Below are positions 38,501-53,500 of a stretch of 64,000 nucleotides of DNA, in pieces. This DNA comes from Bispira polyomma (taxonomy: Eukaryota), in the NCBI GenBank assembly GCA_965649765.1, contig OZ287756.1, positions 66,898,001 to 66,962,000 of the forward strand. Reading direction: 5' to 3'. The first letter of the stretch is position 1. Each line of letters opens with the position of its first letter. Made by a program: the position numbers and the translations under genes. Below the pieces are notes generated by a model, which did no database searches, was not told where the DNA came from, and worked only from the letters and a program-made list of their open reading frames with translations.

Positions 38501-41500
38501 AAAAAAAGCAAAATATGGTTATAAAAGTCTGCTTATATATATATATATGTTTCAATTTATCCTTTGCAAGAAGATGAGATTGAAGTGTGCCATGCACATT
38601 TTGTTACTTTAGGTAATTTGCATTTTTAAAGAGGTGTCTTTGACGTGTTCTTTTAAACATTTTTGCCACGCCTTAATTAAATGTTTAGTCGTGTCATGTA
38701 AAATTTTCTCCAGCAATTATTTAAAAAAAAATGCTAAGCTGATTACCGAACAAATTATATTTTAGTTCCATATCCATGTATATATCAATGACAGGACAGA
38801 TCCTGATCCACGTGTTCGTCACACCATCTGGACTCAGGTCATTGGTCAGGTGTTTATATTCCTGCCAACCTATGGAGGGAATCAGATGATGATCCAGAGA
38901 TACCATGCTGTTGCGACCACCAGGCAGGCACAGATGTGAGTCTCCCCTTTGAATTGTATTACAGTTGGTTAGCTCCCAGTCTATATATAGACTACGGGGT
39001 ATTGCATTCAGGTTGTATGGTTGGATGTGCTGACAGTGCTTGACAATTTTTTAGATGGGGCTAGTTCTCAGAAAACTCGTGGCCACTGAAGTACACATTT
39101 TGTAGGAATATTCATCAGGCGGTGTAGGTGTCCAACATCATGGTTTGGGGTTTTGGCTTCTCTAATGCTATTTGTAACATAACTATTAATGCCATTTGTC
39201 TGCTAAAATGAACATAAGTATAGATACATTGATTATGATCCGAATACAAAATCGAATTTGTCATCAGTAGAAAGCAGTGTTGTGCCCTGATGACTATTTG
39301 GTGTCACCGGGAGTTAAATAGGGAACCAGACCAATCACATGGCCACTAGTACACACTTAGTAGTAACTATTATATAGAACTGACATAGAAGTTTAATGAC
39401 TAACTTCGATAGCACCACAATAGATAACGGAGCATCCAGTTAGTATTCAAAATAATATTTCAATATGAGAAAAGGTTTGTGATCAGAGTTTACTAAGCAG
39501 ACAAAGGTTAAGGCTGAAAAGCGAGTTGATACAGATGTGTTTTGAGTTTTTTTTCGGAAGTCTGTTAATCTTTGTCTTTAAGTGAACTATGCCATTCAGT
39601 AATGATTTTGAATATACTGTGTTGCATCACTCACTCTCTATAAAATATTTTAGATGGGCCTTGGTGTACAAACTAATAATATACTGAGCATATCACAAGA
39701 GATTGAGTGTCTAGTCAATAAGTAAAACAAAAACAACGTACTGGGATCAGCCAAGTTGTCCGTGTGTTGGTTTTTTGTTGTTAACAATATATATACTGCA
39801 GGGATGGCTAAAGGGCAAGGCATAATCCAACATAAGGTTGGTAAAAAGGCGGATCAATGATTTGTTTTGTTTTTTAACTGTTTTAGCACCGTGGTACCTT
39901 GGCAGAGGTATGCACTCCACTAAGTGTTGTTCTAGTTAATAGTTATTAATATATATTTTGGTTTTAGAATGTAAATTATGACTCTATACGTTATGTGGAC
40001 TTAAAATCTTGTAACACTTTTAAGTTTTCAGCGAAACTTTTTCCTATGACTTCCCGGTAAGACATTGTACTTCTGCGCATACTAATAGGTTTACCTTTAC
40101 AGAGCGTTCTGGATACAGATCCTGGCGGCGGAGTTCCTGCTGGCTATGGTGGTGATCTGTGGTCTGGTGATGTATGCTAACTTTGTGGACTGTGACCCAT
40201 TACTTAGAGGGACAGTAACAAAGCCTGACCAGGTATGTGTGTGTGTTTGTTGTAATGTATATGTTCAATATACCGGGCTGTGTGTGTGAGATGTAGCGTA
40301 TATGTTAAATATACCGGGCCTGTGTGTGTGAGATGTAGTGTATATGTTCAATATACAGGGCTTGTGTGTGTGAGATGTAGTGTATATGTTCAATATACAG
40401 GGCTTGTGTGTGTGAGATGTAGTGTATATGTTCAATATATAGGGCTTGTTTGTGTGGCCATACCTGGTCACTAAAACACACACCATAAACTACATTTGAC
40501 ATTCTACATCAACTTTGCATATATTTAAAAAAAAGTACAGATGTCTGCTGTAGTAACAGTTTTCTATTGCAAGGAGCTGAATTTAAAGAAAATAACATTT
40601 TCGGGCTGCTTGCCAACAACCTGAGGTCGAAATGGTTAAAAACAGCATGTCACATATTAATACCTATAATCCCCTCACCCGAAAGCACACATACGCACCA
40701 TTTCAAACAACACATCATTAAACTATTTCTTTTTAAATTAAATTCTTTTTGTTCTCATTTTAATATTCTAACCTATTTGACTTGTTGTTTATGGGTAACA
40801 CAATAACTATATTAGACAATAATTCTAATTCCAAGCGATATATGTGACGGATTGTTGTGTTATGTCTGCAAAAACAATTCTGACCTGAGGATGGGTGTGA
40901 CTTCCAGTTACGTATATCGAGCCGATAAACCAATTATAGTATTTTACTTCAGTCGTTTTACCATGTTATTGAGGATTTTTTTTATACCAAATCTGCGTCT
41001 TGTTTTAAATAGTAGTGTTCCCATGTATAACTTTTCTGGGCATAAGGTAACCTTAACTCAAATGAGTTTAAGTTTGACACAAGTTTGATTTTAAGTCCAA
41101 ACTTAAGGATTTAATGTAAGGTTATCATAGTTTAAAGTTCGACTTAGGGTTTAAGTCAAACTTTAAATGGATGAGTACAATATGTACTGCTGTAGTGAAG
41201 GGGGACCTTATGCCCAAAAAGGTAAACTATTTAGTTTTACTGTGAGTTAAAAGATACTTTATTTTATATTTTTCATATTTTAAGCTGACTAAATATTTTA
41301 GTCAGACCACCAAACAACAATTTTTAGTAGGTATTTTGTAGAACGTTTCTAAAAGAATCTGCCACATGAGTACCAGCATGGGCAGAATCTGAGATATAGC
41401 GCCAGACGCAGTCAGACATCCAGGTACCCTGCCTCTGAATATCTTGAGTTTTAACATTATTATTGAAGGCAAAAGTGGCACCCCAACGTCGGAAAGCATG

Positions 41501-44500
41501 AAAAGTCAAACCAGAGTACTGCGGGCCAAGTAGGAACAGAACATTCTTCAGATGTCTGCGCACCCTTGTATCAGTAAGAGAAACCCAAGAGCTTTGCAAT
41601 TTATATTGAAATAAGGGAAGATTCTTTCCCTGTGGTGAGATGGCCAGAACAGACTTTAAAGCCTGCACTGGGAAAAGAATGGAATTTGGTATACTGGGGA
41701 TGGTAAGCAATCGAACTGCATCATTTGTCTGCAGTGTTTTTGACCATTTTATCATTAGAACCGCATACCCTGGTTTGAATTGGATCTCAGCTCCGGCTAA
41801 CTTCTTAATAGAATGTGGACACAAATTAGATAGACGCAAGAAAGTAAAAAAACTTGTCAGATAGACAGCCTTGAAAATTATGTATTAAATACTGACTTGA
41901 GCTTGGCTTGCAAAGGTCTGTGCATAGCAAGAGCTTTGTTGTAATAAGCAATTCTTTGGTCTGAAAACGCCTGGACATCCAAATGAAATATGGTACATTT
42001 AGCTTTTATAGCCGAAATTTGATTAACGGCTTGAGTGGCTGACACACCATTGAAAATTAGAAACTCTAAGTAAGCTAATAATTGGAACACAGCCAACTTG
42101 TGGGGAGGCCAAGTCATGAAGACTCCAAAAGCTATGAATTGCCTAAACATTCTGTCATAGGCTTTATTAGTGGCTGGAGTAAAGGCTGAGTTCAGCCTGT
42201 CACAAGCGCTTTTCATCAAAGCCAGACCCACAGGGTGAATCTCTGGAAAACACTACTAATATTTGCTATATTAGAGTATTCACATTAAGTAAACTGTCAA
42301 AAGCAAGAAGCCATTGAACTGGCCCAGCTTGTTTGTACAGTAACAAATGGTTGCTTTCTGTCTCACTCCATCTGGAAAGTAGGTCAGCTATCTTATTTTC
42401 CTTGCCTCAAATATGTACTACAGCAATTTCAATATTAAATTTGCTAGCTAACATGTATATATTTCTAGTAAAAGTGGCCAATGTCGGGTCTCTGGTACAC
42501 CCTGTCTGCAATACACTGACTACTGCCTGGTTATCACATCTGACTAAAATTCTCTGACCTCTCCATTTTTGAACCGACAATTTCATTGCTACCAATATAT
42601 TTAACATTTCTAAAGAAGCTATGTTCAAGTCAGTCATATACTCAGGAATTTCGATTTGATACACTTGTTTTTGATAAATGCCCCCCATACCTGTGAGGCA
42701 GGAATCCTATTCTATTTCGCCAGTTATAGGCTTATGTAAGAAAAATGAAACGCCATTAAACTACTTTGCCAATGTTCTCAACCAATTTGAGTCACTTTTA
42801 AATTCATATGTCATTGAAATTATCTTTTTGCTATAGTTATCACGTAGCAGTTCAAGAGGGACTGTAATTCTCTCTTAGTACAATAACTTTTTGAAGTCCA
42901 TTCATTACATTTGCTTTGAATTTTTTGCAACTTTTCAGACGGGATGGAAGTTGTGCACTCAATTGTATTGATTATTATGCCTAGACAGACTACCTCTGTA
43001 CTGGGTTGAACTAATTTTTCTTATTTACTGTAAGACCAAGCTCCTGAAACAGTTCTTGCAATCTCACAAAGGTTTTTTGAATTTTGCCAGGAATTGAGAC
43101 GCATAAAAAGTCTTCGATGTAATTGTGAACGTTATGATTTTCTGATTTCATTATAAAATGTACTGCGTCCGAAATTCTTTGAAAAATCATGCTGCTGATA
43201 ACCGAATGGCAACGATTTGTCAACATAGTATGATTTCCACTTTAACCTAAGTTGTTAATGTCACCAGGGTCAATCGGGACGTGACGGAATGCTCTGCTCA
43301 GGTCTACCTTGAATATCTGACACCCCTTTCTCAATTTTGACACTTGACTAGTAAGGCTGTCAATGGACAGATAAGATAACAAGAAATCGACACCCAAGTA
43401 TGATGTGGGGGACACCCCTGGATTTTGTGAAGCCCCTTGAGGCCACTTTAAATCCACAATGACTTGTCTATTGAGCGAGTTGGGCTTATGTCTGGTCATA
43501 AGTGGGGAACAATGTAAATTTTGAATTGGTAGTGTCTCGAAAGGGTTGAGCATCGTACCGAGTTCACATTCTTCTTTCATATATGTATCTACATGTTCCG
43601 GAAATTCATTTGCCCACTTATGATCGTTTTCATCAGATTTAGTCTGAATTGTGTGACATATGTAAAGGGGAAATCCATAAAAAGAGGCAATTGCCAGTCC
43701 CAATATGTTTCCAGATAAGTTCCAGATAAGTTTCTGAATTTAATTGAGAATGGACAGCAATCTGCAATCCGCTGTGGTCAAATCTACCATCAGCACATAT
43801 TTTGCTATGCATCTCCAGTATGGTAAGTTCAGTCCCCCCTACCTTGATCAACAATCTTGCTGCCCAAAGCTGAGAGGGGAGTGAACCCATAGGCATATTT
43901 ATTTTGTTCCTGCCATTTTTTGTATGTCTTATTCGAAGCCTCTTTTTGTAGTAATTCTCATTTATTTTGTTTTTGCTTTAAAGCACAAGAGTATTTGCCT
44001 GAGCTTTCAGCATTTTCATTTGCACCTTCAGTGCAAGTATTTGTCTTTTGGTTTATTTTGAAACCTTTATTGTTTATAGCCACAGAGCTAGAGCGAACAA
44101 CCCCTTTGTATGGAATCACTGTTATCGACACCTTTTGTCTCCACATCCCCCTGCTTTCTGCTTGGGTTTTGCTTCACAATAGGTGTCTCACATTTAAGTA
44201 TTTGACAATCAGAAGTGTTAACAAAGCTGACAGTATTGTTTTTAATTCTGCCTTTCACACCTTTTGGTGTGTGAAAGGCCCCTTTCTTTACCACTTTGCT
44301 TTGTCTGGCTTTTCTCACCTCACTTCTGTTAGCCACATTTTTTGTAAATTCAGTATTATGTACAAACATAGAATCTTTACTACTACAAGTACTTTTCAAA
44401 GCCTTGCTATAACTAATATTAGGCCTTCTGATCTTCATATATTTACACATTTTTGTCAAACAGATGATAATCTTTGAATTCTGTCCTATGGACAGTTCTA

Positions 44501-47500
44501 CCTAGAATTTTACTATTTCCTACTTTTCTGTTCACTGCATTTGTGCAGTGGCCCCTCGGTTTTTTACCCCTTTTTACTGTAAGTACTGGTCTTATGACTG
44601 CCCTCACAAGTCTCACATATGTGCTTGTACAACTGATCCCCTGTGTTATGTGAACTGGGAAACTTGCACTTTCTTTCTGGGAAGAACCAACAGATCATGT
44701 ACCCTTTTTTGTAACTGGCTTTCTTGGAATTATTACTAGAACGGCTATTCACCCCATTGAAATTTTAAGTGCTAGAAACATGACGTTGGGCGTGCCCTCT
44801 GCGGATTCTATCGACTTTCTCGACATCTAACCACCCTAACTTATCCATTTCCATGTTCGTTAGAACAACAGCATGGCACGCCTTAGCCTCCTCCCACGAA
44901 AAACTTGGGCATCTTTCATGAGGCCATCCATATAATCTAGCATCGCTTTTTAAATTTCGACCGATTTCTCTTTGCGTGCTATCCGGGTGAAGCCACAGAC
45001 CCACTGTACTAAAGTTAAATCATCATAACTCTGGCACATTTTTACACTACCCGTCAATACATAATTCTGTGGCCATTCAATGACCTTTTTGACCTTTTTG
45101 ACAACAATCATTTCCCTCACTTCTTTGCGACTTAAGTTTACCTTGTAAAGGAGTTTCATTAAGGGTTTGGAGATCTTTGAGCCTCTGCTCTACTTGTAAC
45201 TGAATATGAGCATTTTGCCTTAAAAATTCAACACTAGGAACGACAGAATCTTGGCCTGAACCAGAAGGGCTTTTACCCTTGTCAATAGAGGCAACATTAG
45301 AAGCAGTATTTGAAAGAACGGGAGGACTTGCCTGTTTACTAGTGAGGTTTCCTGCCAACGCTGCCTCTGTTTGTTGAACCCATTGATCCATCCTTTCCGT
45401 AACTTGCCTTAGTAACTGTAATTGCTGCAATATAGCCGTAGACACGGCGGCGTTCGGATGAACCAACGGGTCCTTTACACTAGAGCCAGCGATGACTTCC
45501 TCAACTGAAACATCAGCCACAACCGAACAATTTTTGCCAATTGGCCTCTCATGTTTTTGCAAGCATTTTGGACAGAAAACAACTTTAATGCCCGGCATGA
45601 CTAGAGTGTGTAGTTAAAATAGCTAAAAACAATGTAAAACGTATATGTCACCCAACTCTTTGTCACCCAAACTACACTTTTTTAAAATACTGGTTGCTCT
45701 GTTGACAAAACGGTAAACGGTTTTGTCAATTTTCTCAGGGGTGAAATCGCAGGAAAAAATAAAGATCCACATATGTCATGAATATATAAATTTATATCAT
45801 ATAAGTTTCTGGCTTTTTGTATTGGAAAAAAATCCCTGTCATAGTATTCACAACAAAAAAACAACAACAACAAAAGTAATTACTCACAGGCTTATACCTT
45901 ATTCATAAGCTTATACCTTATACCTCTGACAGTGATCTGCACTTTTGACCAATGTATGGTAGGATTTTAATCAGATTACCCAAGTAACAATATGTAATCT
46001 TAATTCTTTTAGACAAAATACATAGTTAAAAAAAACCTTAGTTAAAAATAATCCTTAGTTAAAAAAAATCCTTCGTTTAAGACTAAAATCTTTTGCTAAT
46101 ATATATCCTATCATGATGTCTAGTAAAAACACTTATTATACTATATACATACTACCTCAGTCTTATCTAACATATTTATGGTTCACACAATAAATGAAAT
46201 AGACATTCATTGAAGTACTATTTGAAAACAACTTTTTTATCAGTGTACAGTGTAAAATGTCAATCTGATTTGAGGACAGACACATAAGTATGAAGCCATT
46301 CTTTAGTGTCACACATGTTGTATTTAAGCATTGAATAAATACATTTATAAAAAGTGGCTGTTAAGGTGAAATTAATGACCCACAAAATATTATCCTTAGT
46401 TCTGTTTAAAGTGTTTTTTGGCCTTACATAAATATTTATAGTCATGCCGTTCTTAAGTTGGTGAATTAACTTGGTGGCTTAAAATGGCCACTTCAAACTA
46501 GTGATTTTGCAAATGCTATTTTAATAATTGCTATTTTTTTATATTATATTTTTTATTATTATGCAAATTAATGTTTTTACTTTATGCAAATGGATACTTT
46601 TTCACAATATTTAAATCTAAAATGATGCTGGACAAGTTTCAGTTGAAGACAAATTAAAAATAACAAAACTGCAGAATTTTGTGCCGACTTAAGGTTAGCT
46701 TCTTCTGCACAAGAATTGCATAATCTTAAAAAAATATATGTACTTGCATGGGTTTAATTAAACAGAAACATCCCGACCCAAGTGGTTTCACTGTTGTCCA
46801 TTGTAAACACTTCAAACACTTTTAGAGTTTGTTTTTTCTAATCATTAAAGTAAAATGTCCACAAAACTAAGTACAAATGGTTATATTATGAAACAGTAAC
46901 CAAGGGGTAAAACTTGTTAATCCATATGTTGTCAAACACAACGAAAACATGCCAAATACCTTCACCTTAATATATTGCATGTAAGGTTGGGCAGGCGATA
47001 CATAAATAGTCACAAAGTATGTAATATGATCTGATATATCACAAATTGTTATTATTTTGCAACATATTTCACAATGTTATCTATTATTTTACATGGTTTG
47101 TACTTGTTTTATATTGTTCATACATGCACTGTCAACAGAAAAATGTTTCACTATATGATGAGTACATTATGTTTACAAGCAAAAAGCTATTTCACATTTA
47201 AATTTACAAATTTGCCCTTCCTTATTATTCAAACCTACACTTACTAGTAATTAAAATTACACACCAATACTATTCAAAACGCACATTATCTAGACTGATG
47301 TATACTCTCACATATACATTATATAGTATTGGAATATATATTGACGCCTTTATTTCCCAACTTTTGGGGATGTAAAGTCTCTGTTATTCTTTATGTGTAG
47401 CACAGATAACCCAAGTAAGTACAGCTTCTTACCCCCAAAACTGGCTGGTATAAAATCATTCAAAGTTGCATCAGATTCACCTGCAGTCTCCCTAATAGTT

Positions 47501-50500
47501 TTTTTTTTCACTGAGACAAGGATGACAGACTTCAGGAAAAAGCTCAAAACGCATCTGTATGAACTCGCTTTTCGGCTTTAACATTCGTCAGCTGATCACG
47601 ACTGAATTCTGATCATTAACCTTTTCTCCTATCGGACTGTTCTTTTGCATACTGAGTAGGATATACACCACAGAGGACGCCTGTCGTCGATTTTGCCACA
47701 ACAGAACATTTACATTAACCAGCCTCAGTAACTTAAGTGTATTCCTTCTTTGTCTCTTTAGGCATCACTAGTTGATGCAGTAATGGGTCTGAATATCAGC
47801 CCTGTCATGTATGTTGTCAAGTTTTAACCTAACTTTTAACCTTACAAACCTGTTATTCTTGTTCTATTACTAGGTGTTCCCCCTGTTACTAATGAGGTTA
47901 CTAGGACAGTATCACGGTCTGCCAGGTCTCTATACAGCGGCTGTGTTTGCTGCTTCTTTAAGGTAAGCGAAGAAACAACTCTGAATCTATTAGACCAAGA
48001 ATGATTGACAAATGATGCAAGCACATTGAAATTCATTCCACGCAAGGAGTATGGATCAAATGTCCAAATATTTAGTTCACCATTTTTTTTTTCATTCAAT
48101 GATAATATTTTTGTGATAGTTCTTTTTTCAGCATTATTTTAAACATTGTACTATATGATATACTGGGGACAGTGAATCATCATTACTTTGTGAGAAGATT
48201 ACCATAAGTAACTTTAACTATTTACTATTTTTTATATTAAAATATCACAATACTAGTTTAAAATTTCAATTGGGATAATTATATTTCTCCATCTAAACTT
48301 ATTATTAGCTAACATACCAAATACTAATTCCTAGTGAAAAATGTTGTACAATGTCCAGTAATTATTGGTACCTTTGTTTCCAGTTCTGTATCCTCAGCAG
48401 TCAACTCCCTGGCCGCTGTATTCATGGCAGATTTCATCCAACCTCTTTATAGGCATATTAATAAGAAAGACATTGTGGACAAACATGCTACCTACATCTC
48501 TAGGGGACTTTGTAAGTCTTGTATAACCCATATTATATAAAAAATTCTTTTAATTATGTCAATCATAAGTCTATATATATCCTGTACCCCAATAGTGGTA
48601 CTTTGTTCAGTTTGTCATGGGTTATTTCTTAAATATATACAAAATAAACTGAGATCAATAAACTTGCTGTCGTTTTTATCTTTCTCGCTGTAGGCCTGGG
48701 GCCGTATTCAATAACTTTTTTTATACTTAGGATAACAATTATTCTTAAACTTAGAAAATAATCTCATGTAAGAAATTTCTTATTCTTAGAATGAAATAGT
48801 ATTCACAAAGCAATTCTTAGTTAAGAATTAATTCTTAGAATAAGAATTTTCTTAGCTAAGAATTGTGAATACAAATGTAGGCACACACGTTTTATGATAA
48901 TAATATGATCACTGTTTACAATACTCTCATATCCAAATATGAAAAAGAATATTTTAGTAAATCCCAAAATTCTTATTCTTAAAATTATTCTTATCTGTCT
49001 AAGAATAACAGGAATTTAAAGAGTAGGACTGTTATTGAAATAGACCCCATATATTCTTGCAGAAGGTTACACAAATATCGAACTCTACCTTTAGAAAACC
49101 TAAATCAGTCATAAAATTAATATTTATCAAATACATAAGAATATCATGTCTTTTTCTTAAGTTTAGTAAGGTATTGACCATTCTTAGAACCAAAGCTCAT
49201 TCTTAGAAAATGTTTTAAGAATAAGAAAAAATTCTAAGTATAACAGTTTAATGAATACCAAAATTATTATCCTTAGAATTATTCTCATAAATCCTGAGCT
49301 TTCTCAGAATAAATCTAAGCATCAGAATGTTAGTGACTATGGCCCCTGGTCACAAAACTCTTAAAGAAGATACGTCACATAAAGTTTGTGCTCTCTTCAA
49401 TGGAGTAAATGGGTGTTCTAGTATGTGGCCGACCAGTTAACAACCACATACAAATTGACACCCATATTGTAAATTATTGCAAACTCCTCTTCAAAAATGA
49501 ACTAAATACACAAGCAATTATAATGTTACATTAATTAGTATATCATTATGTTTACATAACCCAAATAATATTTGAAATATATATTTCTTTAAAGATACAT
49601 TCACTGTTTCAATTAGTGTGGACGTCGATATGTTCACGGGCTATCACTGGTCTGCTACCACTAGTTTTACCTGTGTGTTGTAGCATGGCTAATATGCCCT
49701 CCTGTTGAGGAAGCTGACTTTGAACCTTTGAGATAGGGGTTTGTAAATTGTAAAAGTCAACTGAGACCTTTACAGGGTCATAATATCAGACCAGAAAACT
49801 ATTTTACCCTTTTTCTTTCCAGGTTTATTCTTTGGTCTCCTCACCATTGGGCTGTCCTACATTGCCCCCTTTATGGGAGACGCCATTGTACAGATCCCCC
49901 TCACCATATGGGGCGTGGTGGGAGCCCCTCTGTTTGGCATGTTTGTGCTGGCTATATTCTTCCCCTGTGCAAATGCAGTGGTAAGTGTGTCTCAGCCAAC
50001 TTCACCTTTGTATTTTCTCTCTATATATCGTTATTGTCAAGGCTGTTTTCACTCAACATCCCTCCTATCCCGCTCTCCATCTTTCTACCCGTAACCTTAA
50101 GAGAGGTAATAGACTTTCGGTTTCCTCTATTAACCCACCAGGAAAGCTGGATCCAGAGCTTTCTCCATAGCAGTTATGAACAGTCTCCAGTTGATCTCAG
50201 ATCACTATAATCACATAAAGGTTTTAAGGAAAAAAACCTTAAAATCTATCTTTTTAAGCTCTGTTCTCCCCTTTAATTCCCTCCTGTACACCCTTTTTTA
50301 CGGTCTGGCTATGTTCTTGGACTACACTATTGGTTAACCGATTCTTATGTTGCACTTTGGAAGATGCGTAGCACATTTTAAAAATGTGTAAACATATTAA
50401 TAATACTGACGAGTTTTGAGTGGCTTATTCATACCAGAGACATTCTAAAGTGTGGCCAGTTTCATAATCGCTGGCACTGATGTGAGAAAGTTTGTCAGCA

Positions 50501-53500
50501 AACATGAGGCTAACAACCAAATCTTAACAGTTATTTTTGACGGTATATTATGTAATTTCAAAATTCTGAATTTACCAATACAGTATAATTTAATAGATAT
50601 CTAAGAGAGAACAAAGGTGGAAGAATCCAGGCTTGAGGGTATATGCACATTATAAAGTCAGGTGATACATTATTATGACTTTTTTTGTTGTTTTCCCTTA
50701 CTCAGGGCACTATCTGCGGAGTCATTGTCAGCCTGTTTTTTTCCTTCTGGTTGGCAATCGGTGGAATCTATTATGGACGCAAGACACCTCCCAAGACACC
50801 GTTGGGTTTGGCATGCTGTTTCCCACCGCCTGTAGATGATGTGACACTTTACTCCAACTTTAGTAGTACCACCGAGTGGTCCACAGAGACGACAATGTAT
50901 TCAAACATGACAGAAGCCACTCCCACACCTTGGGTGTCACCGTGTACATTCCCAACACCAGTGAATGAGGAACAGTAAGTAGACAGAACATCATGTATTG
51001 GAATTTTGCATTTCAGTACACTTATCTACCTTTACCTGGCATTCAACTTACCAACTAATTTAACTTTTATAGCCCTTATCGCTGTGCTAGCAGATTCTAA
51101 GGCGCATGAGACAGAAAATCATTTGACAATTTCATAAAGCCGTTGGACGTACAGTGGTTGTGACCAATAAGATGCCGAAAAGATGTCATGAGACTAAGAT
51201 GCAAAAGCCTTGCTAAATAGATAGGTTTTGAACCTTTTCCTGAAACAGTCAAGTGATGAGGCAGTGCGAATACCATGAGGCATTCAAAGTGATACTTTTA
51301 TAAATCCATTCTCCTAACTGTTCATAAAGGTTTGACAATGACACTATTTAGCAACATTCTCAAGGTTTTTTAGCCTGTCCCTGGGGATAGAACTCAATCA
51401 CAAAAGACTGCCATTTTAAGTGGTGACATCCAGGCCACTGTGTTTGAAACTGGTCAACCCGTTAAACGCTTTCACACCAATGTTTGTCACCTAGATCTCA
51501 ACACCATATCTTATTTATTAGTTCAATGTTAGTGAATTAGCATTCAATTCCATCCTTATATTTCACACTTTTTTAATAGACCACATTTGCAACAACTTAA
51601 TTCTGCTGAATTGTGGATTGTTAAGTTTTACACGAGGCCATTATGAAATGTTTTAGCGACTCTCCAATTATGCAGAATGTGTTAATTTCCTTTAGCACTG
51701 TGAAATACCTCATTGTCAAAAGTAATAAAGTCATAAACAGTCAGTCTCATAATGACTGATTATAAATTAAAACAGTGTATTGCCTTACTTGAGCAGCATC
51801 AATCACAATTCTTTAAAAGAGTACACACAGATTTTCAAGCACAAATGTTTTCGAAGTCTCCAAATGTTATTTCAGATGATAAAACAAAAATTACTTTTGC
51901 TAAAATTTTAAATAATTGTTTGCTGATCTACAGCCAGCTGTATATAAGCCATTCTGGTCACTGAAGTGTTGTGTGTATCAGCAGATATATCAACAGACTC
52001 CTGCTGCCCGGGGTGCTAATTTGTTGTTTTATTCATCATTTCTGCTCCTAACAACAATTACTCTAGATAGCCTTTAACCTATTAACTTGAATAGCTTTAA
52101 ATGTATTATATCTCTACTAACTTAATGTATGCGGTTTGTTTTCTAGGTGGGACTTACGAGAGTTTTACTCGATCTCTTACGCCTGGTACGGGCTGATCAA
52201 CCTCCTGGTTTGTGTGATTGTCGGCCTACTTGTCAGCCTTATTTCCGATGGTTGTTACTATGGTAAGTGTCTGTATGCAGAAAAATACACATTCACACTG
52301 TACATAGAACGAACAAAAGCATGTCTGTACAAACATGTCTCAAGTAATAGGGTCACTTGGTGCATATGGTGAACTGTGGCAAGGCCAGTCACCATTATCT
52401 TGCACATAATGGCAAATTTGGAGAATGCATATGCATTTACTTAAATATGTAATAGTTTGCTTTTTTTAGAAAAGGTCATTCTTAAAATTAATAGATGTCC
52501 TGTCATTTCTTGTATTGAAAGAAAGACTAAAGAACAACGATCTGAATTAACACTTCATTAATTCAAAGTGCTATATTGTGTATATTTTTTGTGATATTGC
52601 CGGTACTAGATACAAATAAACTTATTCCTTGTTGTTCCCAGTCATAGAAGACTAAATATAAGTTGTCAAAAATGTTGAACCATGAAATGTTTATGGTCTA
52701 TTAGATCATCTATCGAACAGTTCTTACACTGTAACTTAATGGATCCATGTTTTTCATGTTGTGATCATTAATTGTGTTTGCTATTTATGAAAAATTTACC
52801 CGCATTTCTGACTCTCAGAACTTGTTGGCAAGCAATTGACAACTAAAAATATGGTGTTATTTTCCTTCAATTTCTGGAAATTTGAAATGGTTAGTTATGC
52901 AGAATCACTGTTTAAAACTTTTATGTCAGACTATTACCAAATGCCGGAAATAGACACTGGTGTGGGTGTTAGTGACTCCAGCTATCTGTAACCTATTACC
53001 CCAAGAATTCCTTTAGTTCAAGGTGATAGTTTGCTCTCGGGTGGTTGAAAGTGATTAAGCTTGGCCCATACTTGTCGACCTCCCAGTATATGGTATAGCT
53101 TCATTAATGACTGTCTCTACAATGGTAAGTAGCATGTTGGGACATGTTGCTGCATAGGTTTATTTCATATTCAACTTTTAATTAAATGCATTTGTATACT
53201 AAGGTAGTCGTAGATTGAAAATAAAATTACTTTACTGTAAGAAAAATAATTAGGCATATCATTCTATAAAATGAAGACGAATTGAAAGATAATGTACTAA
53301 TATATGATCAAAGAGCAATTTAAGTGTCTACATAATGTACCCAATTGGATGACTAAGTTGTATTTTAAAACCCTAGATTCAAAAAAAATGAGTTTACAAC
53401 TTTCCCAATGATGGTGTGCGCTCTTAATTTATTCAATTTACTATAAAAAAAAAATGTGTTTGTGTTGATCAATTAACTTGTTCGCTATTTTCAAATTCAA

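Larger units (their letters stand above)
41280..45730 (-). mobile_element. Tyrosine-recombinase retrotransposon B (Ngaro/PAT-like), near full length, antisense in SLC5 intron 8
   Basis: gag (45598-44564; N-terminal CPKC...H.......C, C-terminal C.FF..RKC....H...YKHICETC...H), RT (FKVDLSRAFRH, YIEDF with degenerate DD), RNase H (LNIASLEMLN, RCDNQAVV, DLLSRW), YR (42231-41324). Multiple stops and frameshifts. Confidence 0.93.

Noticed and set aside
43920-44477. 185-aa + strand ORF as a gene
   Set aside because: Antisense shadow of the Lys-rich pol extension of element B; no motifs.
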